NCBI GenBank assembly: GCA_965197895.1
Contig: OZ240232.1
Span: 2,389,522-2,453,521, forward strand
Source of the DNA: Candidatus Versatilivoraceae bacterium
Lineage (GTDB): Bacteria > Acidobacteriota > Terriglobia > Versatilivoradales > Versatilivoraceae
Reading direction: 5' to 3'
Length of the DNA stretch: 64,000 nucleotides
This document shows, in pieces, positions 18,499 through 30,092 of the stretch; position 1 is the first letter of the stretch, and every line of letters begins with the position of its first letter. Under the pieces are notes generated by a model that was given only the letters and a program-made list of their open reading frames with translations, searched no databases and had not been told where the DNA came from. The translations under genes and the position numbers were made by a program.

Positions 18499-21060
18499 AT
18501 GAGAAACAAGCTTCATGCCATAACCCTTAAGGGATTCAAGACCATTCAAGAGCTGGATGACTTCAAGCCTGGCCCCTTAACGGTACTCATTGGTCCCAAT
18601 GGCGCGGGAAAGTCCAACTTCATCTCTTTCTTTCGTATGATGAGTTGGATGCTGGCAGACCCAGACAATCTTCAATTTCACGTGGCGCAACATGGTGGAG
18701 CCAGCAAACTTTTACACGACGGTTCGGACAGGACCCATGAGATTGAAGCCGAGTTAACGATTCGGACCGATGCCGGCGAGAACCAATATGCGTTCCGGCT
18801 GTTTTATGCAGCCGGGGATAGGTTGATTTTCGCTGATGAGCGTTACCGTTTTTCTCGCGATGATTACGACGGCATTGCACCTTGGCGAGAAACGGGCGCC
18901 GGGCACCGCGCTCCGCAACTTCTTGACAAGGCATCCGAAGACGATACTGCTCGCTTCATTCGAAACGTCCTGAGGAAGATCGTCTTATACCAATTTCACA
19001 ACACGTCGGCCACAGCCCGCATCCGGAGCAAGTGGAGCGTCAACGACAACCGTTACCTGAAGGAAGATGCGGCCAATGTCGCTCCGGTCCTGCTTCGCCT
19101 GAGGGAGGAAGACGGCAGATGTTACCAGAGGATTGTAGATACCGTCCGCCTGATCCTACCCTTCTTCTCGGATTTTGAACTGGAACCTGAGAACGGTCAT
19201 CTGCTGCTTGCCTGGCGTGAACGAGGCAGTGACCAAGTGTTCGATGTTTCGCAGGCGTCGGACGGCATGTTGCGGGTCATAGCCCTCGAGCCTTTTGCAA
19301 AATTCGGAATCGGGCATGACATTGGGCTGGCAAAGGTGATGTTCCGCTGGTGACTACCCGACAGTAAAGACACTTCTGAACGGAAATACCTGGATCTGAT
19401 GGCCAGATCGCCAGCGGTCGCCGGGCGCGGGCACAGCTTGCCCTCTGCCTGCCCTACGGCGGGCAAACCTGCTGCCTGTTCGGGGTGGCGGCCGAGTCTT
19501 CAGAGCGTCAGACGCATCAACTGTTCCACCGTCAGCGCGAGAATGCCGAACATCAGGTGGCACATCACCTTGCCAGGGCCGCGAACCCTCACATGCCGCC
19601 CGCCAAATTCGTCCTTGAGCCGCCCGTTCACCCGCTCCACGGTCGAGCGTTGGCGGTAGCGTTGCGCCTCAGGAGACACGTGACCGATACAGCGCTGCGC
19701 CAGCGCCTCCCGCTTCCGCTCGGCTTTCACCTCCGGTCGCCTGCGGGGGTTGACGTCAATGATCGGCACATGGCCCAGCGTCTCACTGAAGGCCCGGATC
19801 TCGGGCGCGTCATAGGCGCTGTCCATCAAGTCGTAGAGGCTGTCGACCCGGCTCGCCGTCAGCCTCGCCAGCGGGATGGCCGCCTGACTGTCATGCACCG
19901 ACGCCGAGGTGAGCAGGCAACTGACCGGAATCCCGCCGTCGATCGCGTCCAGGTGCAGTTTGTAGCCGGTCCAGCTCTCCTGATGCCCCTTGGCGTTGCG
20001 CTTGACACCGATGTCGCAGACCTTCGGCAGGTCCTTCAGCATCTCCTGCAGCGTCATCGACGCCTGCCGCTCCAGGCGGCGCGGCTCCTTCGGCCGTTGC
20101 TCGCCCTTCCGCGGCCGGCCCCGCCTTCGCTTCCGCTTACCCGTCGGGGCGCGCTTGGGCGCCGGCGACTCGCGTCCCGGGATGGCGGTGGAGTCCCTCG
20201 ACACGTGGCCCGCCAGATGGCCCTCCAGCGTTCGGTCCAGCAGCGCCTCGTGCAGGCGCCCCGGCAGGTCGCTCTCAGCGAATGCCGCAAACGCGCGAGA
20301 GAAGGTCGCCTCGCTCGGCACCGCCCGCGCCCCCTCCCAGCCGCACAGCCGGCGCAGCAGGCCTTCCGTCCTCAGCCGCTCCACCAGCGCCCGCGTGGTA
20401 GGCATGTCCAGCACCGCCTTCGCCAGAAAGGCCCGCGCCAGCGCCGCCCGATCCTCCAGCGGACGACCCCGCCAGCCCCGGCTGTAGGGCAGCGACTCCT
20501 CCACCCGCACCAACTCCAACACCCGGACCAGCCGCTCGTAGCGCTCGCCCAAGGGGCCCAGAGCCTCCTCCAGCCAGGGGAACAGCTCCCGTTGAAAGGT
20601 GAACCAGTGTCGTGATAGGGTTTGTTTAAGGGACAAGTTCTACCTCCGTTCATCATGTGGACTACGCACCTCCATGATACAACAGAGTGTGGACTTGTCC
20701 CTCGATTCACCTATCCCCTTACCCCTCCCGGCAAAAAAATCTCGCTACCTGCGGAATTTTGCAAAAGGCTCCCTCGTCATGCTTCTCCTTCAACCCGAAG
20801 AGAACTTGCCGGACGTTTTGATTCTGGACGAGCCGGAGCTTGGACTCCATCCCTACGCCATTACCGTGGTTAGCGGACTGATACGGGCCGTGTCCACGAA
20901 GGTCCAGGTCGTTGTTGCCACTCAGTCCACAGCATTTGTCGATTGCTTCGAGCCTGAGGACATCGTTGTGGTCGAGCGTGAAGGCCGAAAATCCATATTC
21001 CGACGGCTGGGTACCGAGGTTCTGGCAGAGTGGCTTGGTAAATTGGAGCATCTCGCGTAG
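18499..21060 (+). pseudogene. COG4637-type ABC ATPase interrupted by an IS
   Basis: GPNGAGKSN, ASDGMLR | LILDEPELGLHP; removing the IS restores the frame I-A-L-V-M. Confidence 0.85.
19288..20771 (-). mobile_element. Complete IS5/IS1182-type insertion sequence (transposase 19500-20636)
   Basis: Perfect 18-bp TIR GAGCCTTTTGCAAAATTC, 4-bp TSD CCTC, DDE motifs SRDST / MDSAYD / VERVN. Confidence 0.9.
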
Positions 21061-21194
21061 CGATTGCAAGCTTGCGTGAAAGAGACTGAAGTGGCCACTG
21101 ACATCAGCGAATGTGACTTGGCTTGGCGCGGCTGATCTGCACAACCCCGACCGGCTTGGTATGCAAAGTGATCGGGAGAATTGGACGATTGACC

Positions 21195-21293
21195 ATGCCG
21201 GCACCCGCTGAACCGAAGATTTACCACGTCCTTCAGGTAGACCGTCTGCCCTCTATTGTTACGGACAACATCAGGCGAGAGTGGTATTACTGA
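21195..21293 (+). pseudogene. darT: DarT (DUF4433) toxin reduced to its N- and C-termini
   Basis: MPAPAEPKIYHVLQVDRLPSIVTD + NIRREWYY*, immediately upstream of a macrodomain gene. Confidence 0.65.
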
Positions 21294-21310
21294 CGAAGGA
21301 GGAGAAGGCC

Positions 21311-21847
21311 ATGATCGAGTACAAGACTGGTGACATCCTCAAGGAAGAAGCCGAAGCTTTGGTCAACACCGTCAACTGCGTCGGGGTCATGGGGCGCGGC
21401 ATCGCCCTTCAGTTCAAACGCGCCTTTCCCGGCAACTTCAAGGCCTATGTTGCCCGATGCAAGCGCAATGCCATACAACCGGGGCGCGTGTTCGTCTTCG
21501 AGACCGGCCAACTCATCAATCCCCGCTTTATCATCAACTTCCCGACCAAGCGGCATTGGCGGGGTAATAGCCGCATAGAGGACATCGAATCCGGTTTAGC
21601 GTCGCTCGCAGAGGAAGTCCGGTCACGGGACATCCGCTCGATCGCCATCCCTCCACTCGGCAGCGGGCTGGGTGGCTTGAACTGGCCGGAGGTGCGTGTC
21701 CGTTTGGAGGCGGCTCTGAAAGAATTCGAGGACGTCAAGGTCGTCATCTTCAAGCCGGGCGGGGGGCCGGCCGACGAGCGGGCCAATCGTTCGAGTGACG
21801 TTCCCAGGATGACGGCTGGGGGCGCCGCGTTGGTGGGGCTCATGTGA
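21311..21847 (+). CDS. darG: DarG macrodomain antitoxin, C-terminally deleted
   Basis: LVNTVNCVGVMGRGIALQFK, NFPTKRHW, PPLGSGLGG; residual tail AWNERKRQF...KGWI follows out of frame. Confidence 0.85.
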   Translation: MIEYKTGDILKEEAEALVNTVNCVGVMGRGIALQFKRAFPGNFKAYVARCKRNAIQPGRVFVFETGQLINPRFIINFPTKRHWRGNSRIEDIESGLASLAEEVRSRDIRSIAIPPLGSGLGGLNWPEVRVRLEAALKEFEDVKVVIFKPGGGPADERANRSSDVPRMTAGGAALVGLM

Positions 21848-21976
21848 CGATGCGGTAAGGCGCACCTACGCCTGGAATGAGAGAAAGAGACAGTTTTCGC
21901 GGCGTCAGATCAAGATCGCATTCGATGTCTTATCGGAGAAGGGCTGGATTGAGCATCCCGACATGCCGGATTCCTT

Positions 21977-24900
21977 ATGACCACCGACACCTCGGAACGC
22001 GGCCTGGAACGGCTGATCTGCCGGGCGCTGACCGGCCATCCCTGTGATTCAGCTCCGGCAAACAGGTTGGGCGAGCCATCTGCCGGCTATGGCGGTGTGG
22101 GGTGGATGTGCGGTAACCCTCAGGACTATGACCGTGAGTACTGCATCGACTTGGCTCAACTCGCAGCTTTCCTGCGTTCCACCCAACCCGGGGCCGCCGA
22201 ATCGCTGAGGCTGTCTGAGGACGGCCCGACACGGCGCAGGTTGCTGGCCCGGCTGCAGGGAGAGATCTCCAAGCGCGGCACCATCGAGGTGCTGCGACAT
22301 GGCATCAAGCATGGCGCCCATGACCTCGATCTTTTCTACGGCACGCCTTCGGCCGAGAACGAGAAGGCGAAGCAACGCTTCACACGGAACCGCTTCACCG
22401 TCACACGGCAGCTTCGCTACAGCCGAGACGAGACCCAGCGGGTGCTGGACGTGGGGCTCTTCATCAATGGCCTGCCGGTCTTCACCTTTGAACTGAAAAA
22501 CAACCTCACCAAGCAGACGGTGGACGATGCGGTGTGGCAGTACAGGAAAGACCGCAACCCCCGCGAGAAGCTGTTTGAATTCGGGCGCTGCGTGGCCCAC
22601 TTCGCCTTGGACGAGAACGAGGTGCAGTTCTGCACACACCTCAAGGCGAAGGCCTCCTGGTTCCTGCCCTTCAACCGTGGCTGGAACGACGGCGCGGGCA
22701 ATCCGCCCAACCCAAGCGGGATCAAGGCGGACTATCTGTGGCGTGAGGTTCTGACCCTGACAAGCCTGACCAACATCCTGGAGAACTATGCCCAGGTGGT
22801 GGAGAGTAAGGAGGAGAAGACGGGCAGGAAAAAGAAGACCCAGATTTGGCCCCGCTATCACCAACTGGATGTGGTCCGCCGGCTGCTGGCCGACGCTACT
22901 GCTCACGGAGCGGGCAAGCGCTACCTGATTCAGCACTCGGCGGGCAGCGGCAAGAGCAACTCCATCGCCTGGCTGGCCCACCAGTTGATTGGACTTACCA
23001 AGGATAGCGCTCCGGTATTCGACTCCATCATCGTGGTCACCGACCGGGTCATCCTCGACCGGCAGATCCACGACACCATCAAGCAGTACGCCCAGGTCGG
23101 CGCCACGGTCGGGCATGCGGATCGTTCGGGGGATCTTCTCCGGTTCATCGAATCCGGCAAGAAGATCATCATCTCGACGGTCCAGAAGTTCCCCTTCATC
23201 CTTGACGAGATCGGCAACCAGCAGCGGGGGCGGCATTTCGCCATCATCATAGACGAAGCCCACTCCAGCCAGGGTGGAAAGACCAGCACGGCCATGGCGA
23301 CGGCTCTCTCCAAGGCCGGTCAGGAGGGTGAGGATGAGACCTATGAGGACCAGATCAACCGTCTGATGGAGTCACGCAAACTGCTGCCCAACGCCAGCTA
23401 CTTCGCCTTCACGGCAACGCCCAAGAACAAGACGCTGGAGATCTTCGGCGACCCGGACCCCCAGGCCGATGGCACGGTCAAGCATCACGCCTTCCACAGC
23501 TACACCATGAAGCAGGCCATTCAGGAAAGGTTCATCCTGGACGTGCTGGCACACTACACACCGGTGAAAAGCTACTACAAGCTCGCCAAGACGGTGGAAG
23601 ACGATCCGGAGTTCGACGTCAAGAAAGCCCGCAAGAGGCTCCGGCGGTTCGTCGAGGGGCACGACCATGCGATTCGTCTCAAGGCGGAGATCATGGTGGA
23701 TCACTTTCACGACCAGGTGCTCGCCCAAGGCAGGATCGGTGGAGAAGCACGGGCAATGGTGGTGACTAACGGCATCGAGCGTGCCCTCCAGTACTTCCAA
23801 GCCATCCGCGAATACCTGAAGGCGCGCAAGAGCCGGTTTCAGCCAATTGTGGCTTTCTCCGGGGATTTCGAGTTCGGTGGGGCGAAGGTCAACGAGGCCT
23901 CGCTGAATGGCTTCCCATCCAACAAGATCGCCGAGAGAATCCGGGAAGATCCCTACCGCTTCCTGGTCTGTGCGAACAAATTCCAGACCGGTTATGACGA
24001 GCCCCTGCTGCACACGATGTACGTGGACAAGACCCTCTCGGGCATCCAGGCGGTGCAGGCCCTGTCTCGCCTCAACCGCGCTCACCCCAAGAAGCATGAC
24101 GTCTTCGTGCTGGATTTTCTGAACGACACCGACACGATCCGCGATTCCTTCGCCAGCTTCTACCGGACCACCATTCTGGCCGATGAGACCGACCCCAACA
24201 AGCTGCATGACCTTCAGGCGGACCTGGATGGTGCCCAGATCTATTCCACGGGTCAGGTTGAAGACTTCGTGAAGCGCTACCTGTCCGGGGCCGACCGCGA
24301 CCGGTTGGACCCGATCCTGGATGCCTGCGTGGCTGTCTATCTGAGGGAGAAGGACGAAGACGGGCAAGTGGAGTTCAAGGGCAAGGCCAAGGGTTTCGTA
24401 CGGACCTACGGATTTCTGTCCTCGGTTCTCCCCTATGTCAATGCTGAATGGGAGAAGCGATCGATCTTCCTGAACTTCCTGATCCCAAAGCTGCCCGCTC
24501 CCCAAGAGCCTGACCTGTCCAAGGGCATCCTCGACGCCATCGATATGGACAGCTACCGGGTTGAGAAAAGAAAGATGGAGGAGATTGTTCTGGCCGATGA
24601 GGACGCCGAGATTGATCCTGTGCCGACAACCGAGGGAGGCCACCGACCCGAACCTGAGATGGATCGGCTCTCGAAAATCGTCAGGGAATTCAACGACCTC
24701 TTCGGAAATATCGACTGGGAAGACGATGACCGTGTGAGGCGCCTCATTACCGAGACCATTCCTGCCCGGGTGGCGGCTGACACCGCCTTTCGAAATGCTC
24801 GACAGAATTCGGACAGGCAGAACGCCCGCATCGAGCACGACAAGGCCCTGCTGAGAGTCATGACTTCCTTGATGAAGGACGATACCACGCTGTTCAAGCA

Positions 24901-24982
24901 CTTCATGGACAACGACAGCTTCAAACGCTGGCTGACCGATCGGTCGTTTGGAATCGCCTACGGGATGGTGGAAGCGCAGTGA
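21977..24982 (+). CDS. hsdR: Type I R-M restriction subunit
   Basis: NGLPVFTFELKN, QHSAGSGKS, DEAH, FTATP, FQTGYDEP. Confidence 0.95.
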   Translation: MTTDTSERGLERLICRALTGHPCDSAPANRLGEPSAGYGGVGWMCGNPQDYDREYCIDLAQLAAFLRSTQPGAAESLRLSEDGPTRRRLLARLQGEISKRGTIEVLRHGIKHGAHDLDLFYGTPSAENEKAKQRFTRNRFTVTRQLRYSRDETQRVLDVGLFINGLPVFTFELKNNLTKQTVDDAVWQYRKDRNPREKLFEFGRCVAHFALDENEVQFCTHLKAKASWFLPFNRGWNDGAGNPPNPSGIKADYLWREVLTLTSLTNILENYAQVVESKEEKTGRKKKTQIWPRYHQLDVVRRLLADATAHGAGKRYLIQHSAGSGKSNSIAWLAHQLIGLTKDSAPVFDSIIVVTDRVILDRQIHDTIKQYAQVGATVGHADRSGDLLRFIESGKKIIISTVQKFPFILDEIGNQQRGRHFAIIIDEAHSSQGGKTSTAMATALSKAGQEGEDETYEDQINRLMESRKLLPNASYFAFTATPKNKTLEIFGDPDPQADGTVKHHAFHSYTMKQAIQERFILDVLAHYTPVKSYYKLAKTVEDDPEFDVKKARKRLRRFVEGHDHAIRLKAEIMVDHFHDQVLAQGRIGGEARAMVVTNGIERALQYFQAIREYLKARKSRFQPIVAFSGDFEFGGAKVNEASLNGFPSNKIAERIREDPYRFLVCANKFQTGYDEPLLHTMYVDKTLSGIQAVQALSRLNRAHPKKHDVFVLDFLNDTDTIRDSFASFYRTTILADETDPNKLHDLQADLDGAQIYSTGQVEDFVKRYLSGADRDRLDPILDACVAVYLREKDEDGQVEFKGKAKGFVRTYGFLSSVLPYVNAEWEKRSIFLNFLIPKLPAPQEPDLSKGILDAIDMDSYRVEKRKMEEIVLADEDAEIDPVPTTEGGHRPEPEMDRLSKIVREFNDLFGNIDWEDDDRVRRLITETIPARVAADTAFRNARQNSDRQNARIEHDKALLRVMTSLMKDDTTLFKHFMDNDSFKRWLTDRSFGIAYGMVEAQ

Positions 24983-25127
24983 GTTGCATCGAGAGGCAGC
25001 ACAGGCCCAATCCGGAGCCCGTTTTCACCCCTCTGAGCGATTGTGGGGGGGGGGGGGGGGGGGCCACGACCACTCTTCCACGACTCAACCATCGCGGGAA
25101 ATCGGGGCAGCTTCCTGACCGGGCTAA

Positions 25128-27211
25128 CCCATCTTTAACACAGGAACGGGCGATTGGGGGGATTTTATCCCCATTTTGGCCCAAAACCACCTGTAAGTTG
25201 TTGATTCTTCGTAGGAGAAGCTGAAGTAGTGCCATAATCGTATGGGAGGGGCTTGACCCCCTCGCCCCCCTCTGTTAGGGTCCCTCCCATGTTCATCCGC
25301 CGCACCCAGACCCGCTCCACTCCCTCCGGTCAGACCTACTTCACCCACCGCCTCGTCCGCTCCCATCGCCTCTCAGGCAAGGTCCGCCAGCAGACCCTGC
25401 TCAACCTCGGTCGCCACTTCTCCATCCCCCGCCATGACTGGCCCCTGCTGTGCCGCCGTCTCGACCAGATCCTCAGCGGTCAGTTGCCCTTGATCCAGGA
25501 GGGTTCGGCCCCGTTGGAGGAGGAAGCCCAACGCATGGCCGAGCGCTTGCTCGAGGGGGAAGCCGACGTGACCGGCACCGCTGGGGAGGCCTCTTCAGAA
25601 GACCTGCAGACGGTGGCGGTGGATTCGGTGGAGTTGACCCGTCCGCGCAGCGTCGGGGTGGAGCAGGTGGGCCGGTGGGCGCTGGAGCAGTTGGGGTTGG
25701 TGGAGTTGCTGGCCGAGTTGGGTCTGAATGGACCGATGCGGGCGGCGGCGGTGGGGGCGATTGTGGGCCGTCTGGCCCGTCCCGGCTCGGAACGGGCCAC
25801 CTGGGGCTGGCTCGGCCGGCGCAGCGGTTTGGGCGAGTTGCTGGACTTTGACTTCCAGACACTGAGCCTGATGCAGATGTATCGCGCCTCAGACGCTTTG
25901 ATGAGACACCGCCAAGCCATCGAGGCCCACCTGTTCACCCGGGCCATGGGTCTGTTCGATCTCGAGCCGACCGTCACCCTGTTCGATCTGACCAACACTT
26001 TCTTCGAAGGGGCGGCCCGCCGTCAACCCAAGGCCCAGCGGGGGCACTCGAAGGAGAAGCGCAGTGACTGTCCCCTGCTGACCCTGGGGTTGGTGCTGGA
26101 CGGGGCCGGCTTTGTGCGCCGCTCGCAGGTCTTTGCCGGCCGGGTGGATGAGCACCGCACCCTGGCCGGGATGCTGGGGGCGCTCGAGGCGCCCCGGGGG
26201 GCCCTGGTGGTGATGGATCGGGGGGTGGCGACCGAGGATCGCATCGGGTGGTTGAGGGAGGAAGGGTACCGCTATGTGGTGGCCAGCCGCCAAGGCTCCC
26301 GGCAGTTCGACCCCGAACTGGCCCTGACCTTGGAGACCGCTTCCAAGGCCAGGTTACAGCTCCACAAGGAGGTCTCAGAGGACGGGGGGGAAGTGCGTCT
26401 CTACTGCCGTTCCGAGGAGCGGGCTCACAAGGAACGGGGCATTGTCGAGCGTTTCAGCCGGCGCTTCGAGCAGGGGCTCGCCCGAATCTCCGAGGGGCTG
26501 TCACGGCCGCGGGCTCACAAGGGCATCGAGAAGGTCCGGGAACGGATCGGGCGGCTGAAGGAGCAGAGTCGCGGCGTGGCTCAACACTACACCATCGAGG
26601 TCCTCACCGACGAGAGCGGCCGCAAGGCGACGGCCCTGACCTGGAAGCGTCAGCCCCGCCAGGGCTCGATGGTCACTCATCCGGGGGTCTACTGCCTGCG
26701 CAGCAACCAGACCGACTGGGACGAGGAAAGCCTGTGGCGCACCTACACCACTCTCACCGACGTGGAAGCGGTGTTTCGCTCCCTGAAGTCCGAGCTGGGC
26801 CTGCGCCCCATCTATCATCACAAGCCGGTGCGCTCGGAAGGCCACCTGTTCCTGACCGTCATCGCCTATCAACTGGTGCAGGTCATCCGCAAACGCCTCA
26901 AGCAGCGGGGCGACTCCTCCAGTTGGACCACGCTGCGGCGCATCCTGGAAGGACAGCAGCGGGTCACGGTGACCTTCCGGCGTGGGGACGGGCGGACCTT
27001 GCACGTGCGCAAGGCCACGCGGGCAGAAACTGATCAGAAGGCCATCTACGACGCCCTGGGCATCGATCCCGCTCCCGGAGGGGTCCGCAAGATGATCGTC
27101 TGATCCCCCCCATATCGCCGGTTTCAACGCGTTTGTAGTGCCACTTGCGCGATTCTGTCTTCGTAACCTGTTGATAATAAGCGTGTACTCGGAAGCCGCG
27201 TTAAAGATGGG
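25128..27211 (+). mobile_element. Complete IS1634-family element (transposase 25289-27103)
   Basis: TIR CCCATCTTTAAC / GTTAAAGATGGG, CTAA on both flanks; FDLTN, MDRG, VEAVFRSLKSELGLRPIYH. Confidence 0.9.
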
Positions 27212-27290
27212 CTAAAATCCCACCCAACAGAATCAGCCACTTACTGCTTCGATAGGGGAGCCGGGCTATCATCGCCAGTGGCGTGTTAGT

Positions 27291-27542
27291 ATGAAGACGA
27301 CACGGTACTTCGAGGAGCGGATTCTTCACAAGCGTCCCTACATCGATCCGGGGCGGTGCGTCGAGATCATTGCCGCTCCACTCCATCGCTAGGAGCAGCC
27401 TGATGGCCGCGTGCGCTTCTGGGGCGAGGTGAGGCTCCCTGGCGAAGCAGCTCCCCGCATTCTCCGCGTGGTGACGCTGTCCGATGGGGAGACGATCCAT
27501 AACGCTTTTTTTGATCGGAGATTTCGAAAGGGCCAGCCATGA
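27291..27542 (+). pseudogene. Small toxin-like gene (partner of DUF2283) with in-frame TAG at 27390
   Basis: MKTTRYFEE...*EQPDGRVRFWG...LRVVTLSDGETIHNAFFDRRF; ATGA overlap with the DUF2283 gene. Confidence 0.65.
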
Positions 27543-27754
27543 AGCTTCATTACTATCCCGAGACGGACAGCCTCTATGTCGAACTCAAGGCCGGTCCGAG
27601 TGCGGAGACACGCGAGGTTTCAGAAGGGCTAAACGTCGATCTCGATGCGGCCGGCAACGTGCTCGGTTTTGACATCGATCATGCGTCAAAGCGATTGGAT
27701 CTATCGGTGCTGGAGACCGAGTCGCTACCCGTGCGCTCAACCAAGGTCAGTTGA
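27539..27754 (+). CDS. DUF2283 putative antitoxin
   Basis: MKLHYYPETDSLYVEL...VDLDAAGNVLGFDI. Confidence 0.85.
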   Translation: MKLHYYPETDSLYVELKAGPSAETREVSEGLNVDLDAAGNVLGFDIDHASKRLDLSVLETESLPVRSTKVS

Positions 27755-27919
27755 CCTGTCTTGCCTGCCACCCCGAGGTGTTATCACGCCACTCCCATTG
27801 GCACGGAATCCGCGTACCCATCGTGTTGCGATCGGGCTGGCGAGCGGCGTTGTTCCTTCGCCTCCCTGACCAGGGGTGCTCCCCCTGCTCCCCAACCAGC
27901 TGTCCCCACACCAACAACG

Positions 27920-28074
27920 AGACCGATATCGGTCTGACACTCGCGGACGGCGATTCCGAGGCCGGCACTGAAGTCGATCTTCTTCTTTGATTGCACCTTC
28001 CAGCCGGCCTGTTCCAACATCGCGTTGATCTTGTCTCTTGCCGCCTGTTCGGGTGTCTGATTGGCACTCCGCAT
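27920..28074 (-). pseudogene. N-terminal fragment of a second type I HsdR-like gene
   Basis: TPEQAARDKINAMLEQAGWKVQ...GIAVRE.QTDIG; boundaries approximate. Confidence 0.6.
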
Positions 28075-28267
28075 CCCGCTCATCCGCTATGCCCTTGGTC
28101 CGCGCCGCATGGGGTTGGTGTTGGCACACCTGGCTTCAAGTGCCGCCAAAGGACGCTCGGACCGGTCGCAGAGGACGTAGTCGGACTGTGTGCCGTCCGG
28201 CAGTCCGCATTCGAAACGGACGCTCACCCCGTCAGTAAGGTTCCAGCTGGCAACCCTCAGTAAGGCG

Positions 28268-28726
28268 TCAATCTGACACGGGAGAACGCTTTGGTCGTTC
28301 CGCTATTGCGCCGTTCCACGGGTCGATAATTGCGATTCCCATGTCCTCGAAGTCCCGAACGTTTCGCGTCGCCACCGCCATGCCGCGCGCCCGAGCAATC
28401 GCCGCGATCTGGCAGACCGTGGGTGCGACGGCACGCCCCGCGAATCGGCGCTTGGCGGCGATGACCGCATAGGCGCGTGCCGCCCTACTGTCGAACGGCA
28501 ATATGCGATTCTCGAAGGCGGCGTGCAGCATCGTCTCGATATCCGAAACGAGCGTCTCACGGCGTCGGCCGGTCGGCATGATCGCGGCTCCATAGCGCAG
28601 TTCGGCTTCACCAACCGCCGAGAAAAACAGGTCCTCGACGGGATGACCGGCAACCCACGCCTCCACTGCGGGGTCCGGCGACGTGCGCATCAACTCGGAA
28701 ACGACGTTGGTGTCGAGGAGGATCAT
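28268..28726 (-). CDS. vapC: VapC/FitB PIN-domain toxin
   Basis: MILLDTNVVSELMR...AELRYG...ATRNVRDF. Confidence 0.9.
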   Translation of the reverse strand: MILLDTNVVSELMRTSPDPAVEAWVAGHPVEDLFFSAVGEAELRYGAAIMPTGRRRETLVSDIETMLHAAFENRILPFDSRAARAYAVIAAKRRFAGRAVAPTVCQIAAIARARGMAVATRNVRDFEDMGIAIIDPWNGAIAERPKRSPVSD

Positions 28727-28736
28727 GGACGCTCCC

Positions 28737-28979
28737 TCAATCAAAAGACGGTGGCTCGCGGCCTGCATCGCGTGATGGCAACTCCAGATCCACCCCCTTG
28801 GAGGGCCCGAAGTGCGCGCGGATGATGTTCGCGAGATTATTGGAACTCGGCCTGCGTCCGACCGCATCCCGGAGGATCAAGCGCACCTCCTCTTCCATGG
28901 AACGGCCATTACCCGCCGCACGTATGCGTAGCCGGGACTTCACATCGTCGTCGAGATTGCGGATGGTGATGCTCGCCAT
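28737..28979 (-). CDS. FitA/StbC-like RHH antitoxin
   Basis: MASITIRNLDDDVKSRLRIRAAGNGRSMEEEVR. Confidence 0.9.
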   Translation of the reverse strand: MASITIRNLDDDVKSRLRIRAAGNGRSMEEEVRLILRDAVGRRPSSNNLANIIRAHFGPSKGVDLELPSRDAGREPPSFD

Positions 28980-29666
28980 TGTCGCACCTCCCTGTCTGAA
29001 ACAAGCTTATAGGACGATTGCGTTGCAATCAAGGCCGTCTCCTGTGCATCCATGCCGGAACGTGGGGATAGGCTGGCAACTCGGACGCCATTTGGCCGTA
29101 AAGGCTACGTAGAGTCTGCGGTGTCTGTCTAAGCCGATGCTGCTGGCTCTACGGGGCTTGATCCTGCTACAGGTTCGAAGTGCGGTGATGCGAGAAGGCA
29201 ATAATCAAGGAAACTCAGCAAGTGCGGTTGGTAGGACGACGGCGGTTGTCACGCCTTGCCAGACTCAAATTTCTTCTCTACGGCTGAGAGTCATTAGTTG
29301 ATGACTCGGAACGCTCGCCTTCGTGCTCCAATACCCGGGGGAATTGGCGGGGCGTGCCGTTCCATGTAATTCTGAATTGCCGGACGAGGCGTCCCACGGC
29401 GATCTTCAGGCACGTTTCGTTGACTTCTTCTGACCGTGGAACAACTCAATCCGAGTTTCACATTCAGTCCGGGCGTAAACGCGTGAACAAGCCGGTCGTT
29501 CTCATCATCTTCGGCGACCGCTTCCTTGATAGCGATGTACTCCGCCCGGCCGTAGCTTTCTTCCGGGCCGCTCCACATGGTCCTGGGCGCCCACTCTGCC
29601 ATTTCAACCTCTTGGTGCTGGTGCCTTTCGACCCTCTTTTTCTCACCTTCTTCGCCGCAGCTCTAC

Positions 29667-30092
29667 TTACCTCCCGAAGGGATTGGTGATAGTCACTCCT
29701 TCGATTCCCTGTGCATGCTGCAGGTCTTCGCTGTAGAGGGTTTTACAGCCCGCCTCGAGCGCTGCCGCAACGATCAGGCTGTCATGGAAGCTGAGTCTGT
29801 AGCGGGCCTGGAGATCGAGGCCAGGTTGGTAAAGCGTCTGGGTTGGGTTGACCCACCAAAGTGGTATCAAGATGCGGTCCAATTTCTGGCGAGCCTGCTC
29901 CGGCGTTGCCTTGAGTTTTCCGGTGATGACGTTCATCGTCTCCTGGACAACCTGATAACTGATGCAACCGGAATCGTTGTCCAAGTCCCTTTGAACCAAA
30001 CGTTCAGCTCTCTCGCGTTTGAAGTCATCGGTTTCATCAAACAAGTAGACAAAGACATTGGTGTCGAGGAAGTATTCAACGCTCATATACAC
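29667..30092 (-). CDS. PIN-domain protein
   Basis: FLDTNVFVY...QVVQE...FHDSLIVAAA...LYSEDL. Confidence 0.9.
   Translation of the reverse strand: MYMSVEYFLDTNVFVYLFDETDDFKRERAERLVQRDLDNDSGCISYQVVQETMNVITGKLKATPEQARQKLDRILIPLWWVNPTQTLYQPGLDLQARYRLSFHDSLIVAAALEAGCKTLYSEDLQHAQGIEGVTITNPFGR

Noticed and set aside
14703-24901. Long antisense ORFs (for example 14703-15749, 22049-23263, 23372-24901)
   Set aside because: Shadow frames of GC-rich hsd genes with no recognisable motifs; the same applies to antisense ORFs over the phoD-like, acs, trmJ-like and aminotransferase genes
25045-25063. 19-nt poly-G tract as a phase-variation switch
   Set aside because: It is intergenic, downstream of hsdR and next to an IS end; long G runs are a common sequencing artefact
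27799-27813. Second sigma-54 site TGGCACGGAATCCGC
   Set aside because: Weak -12 element and no credible plus-strand gene downstream
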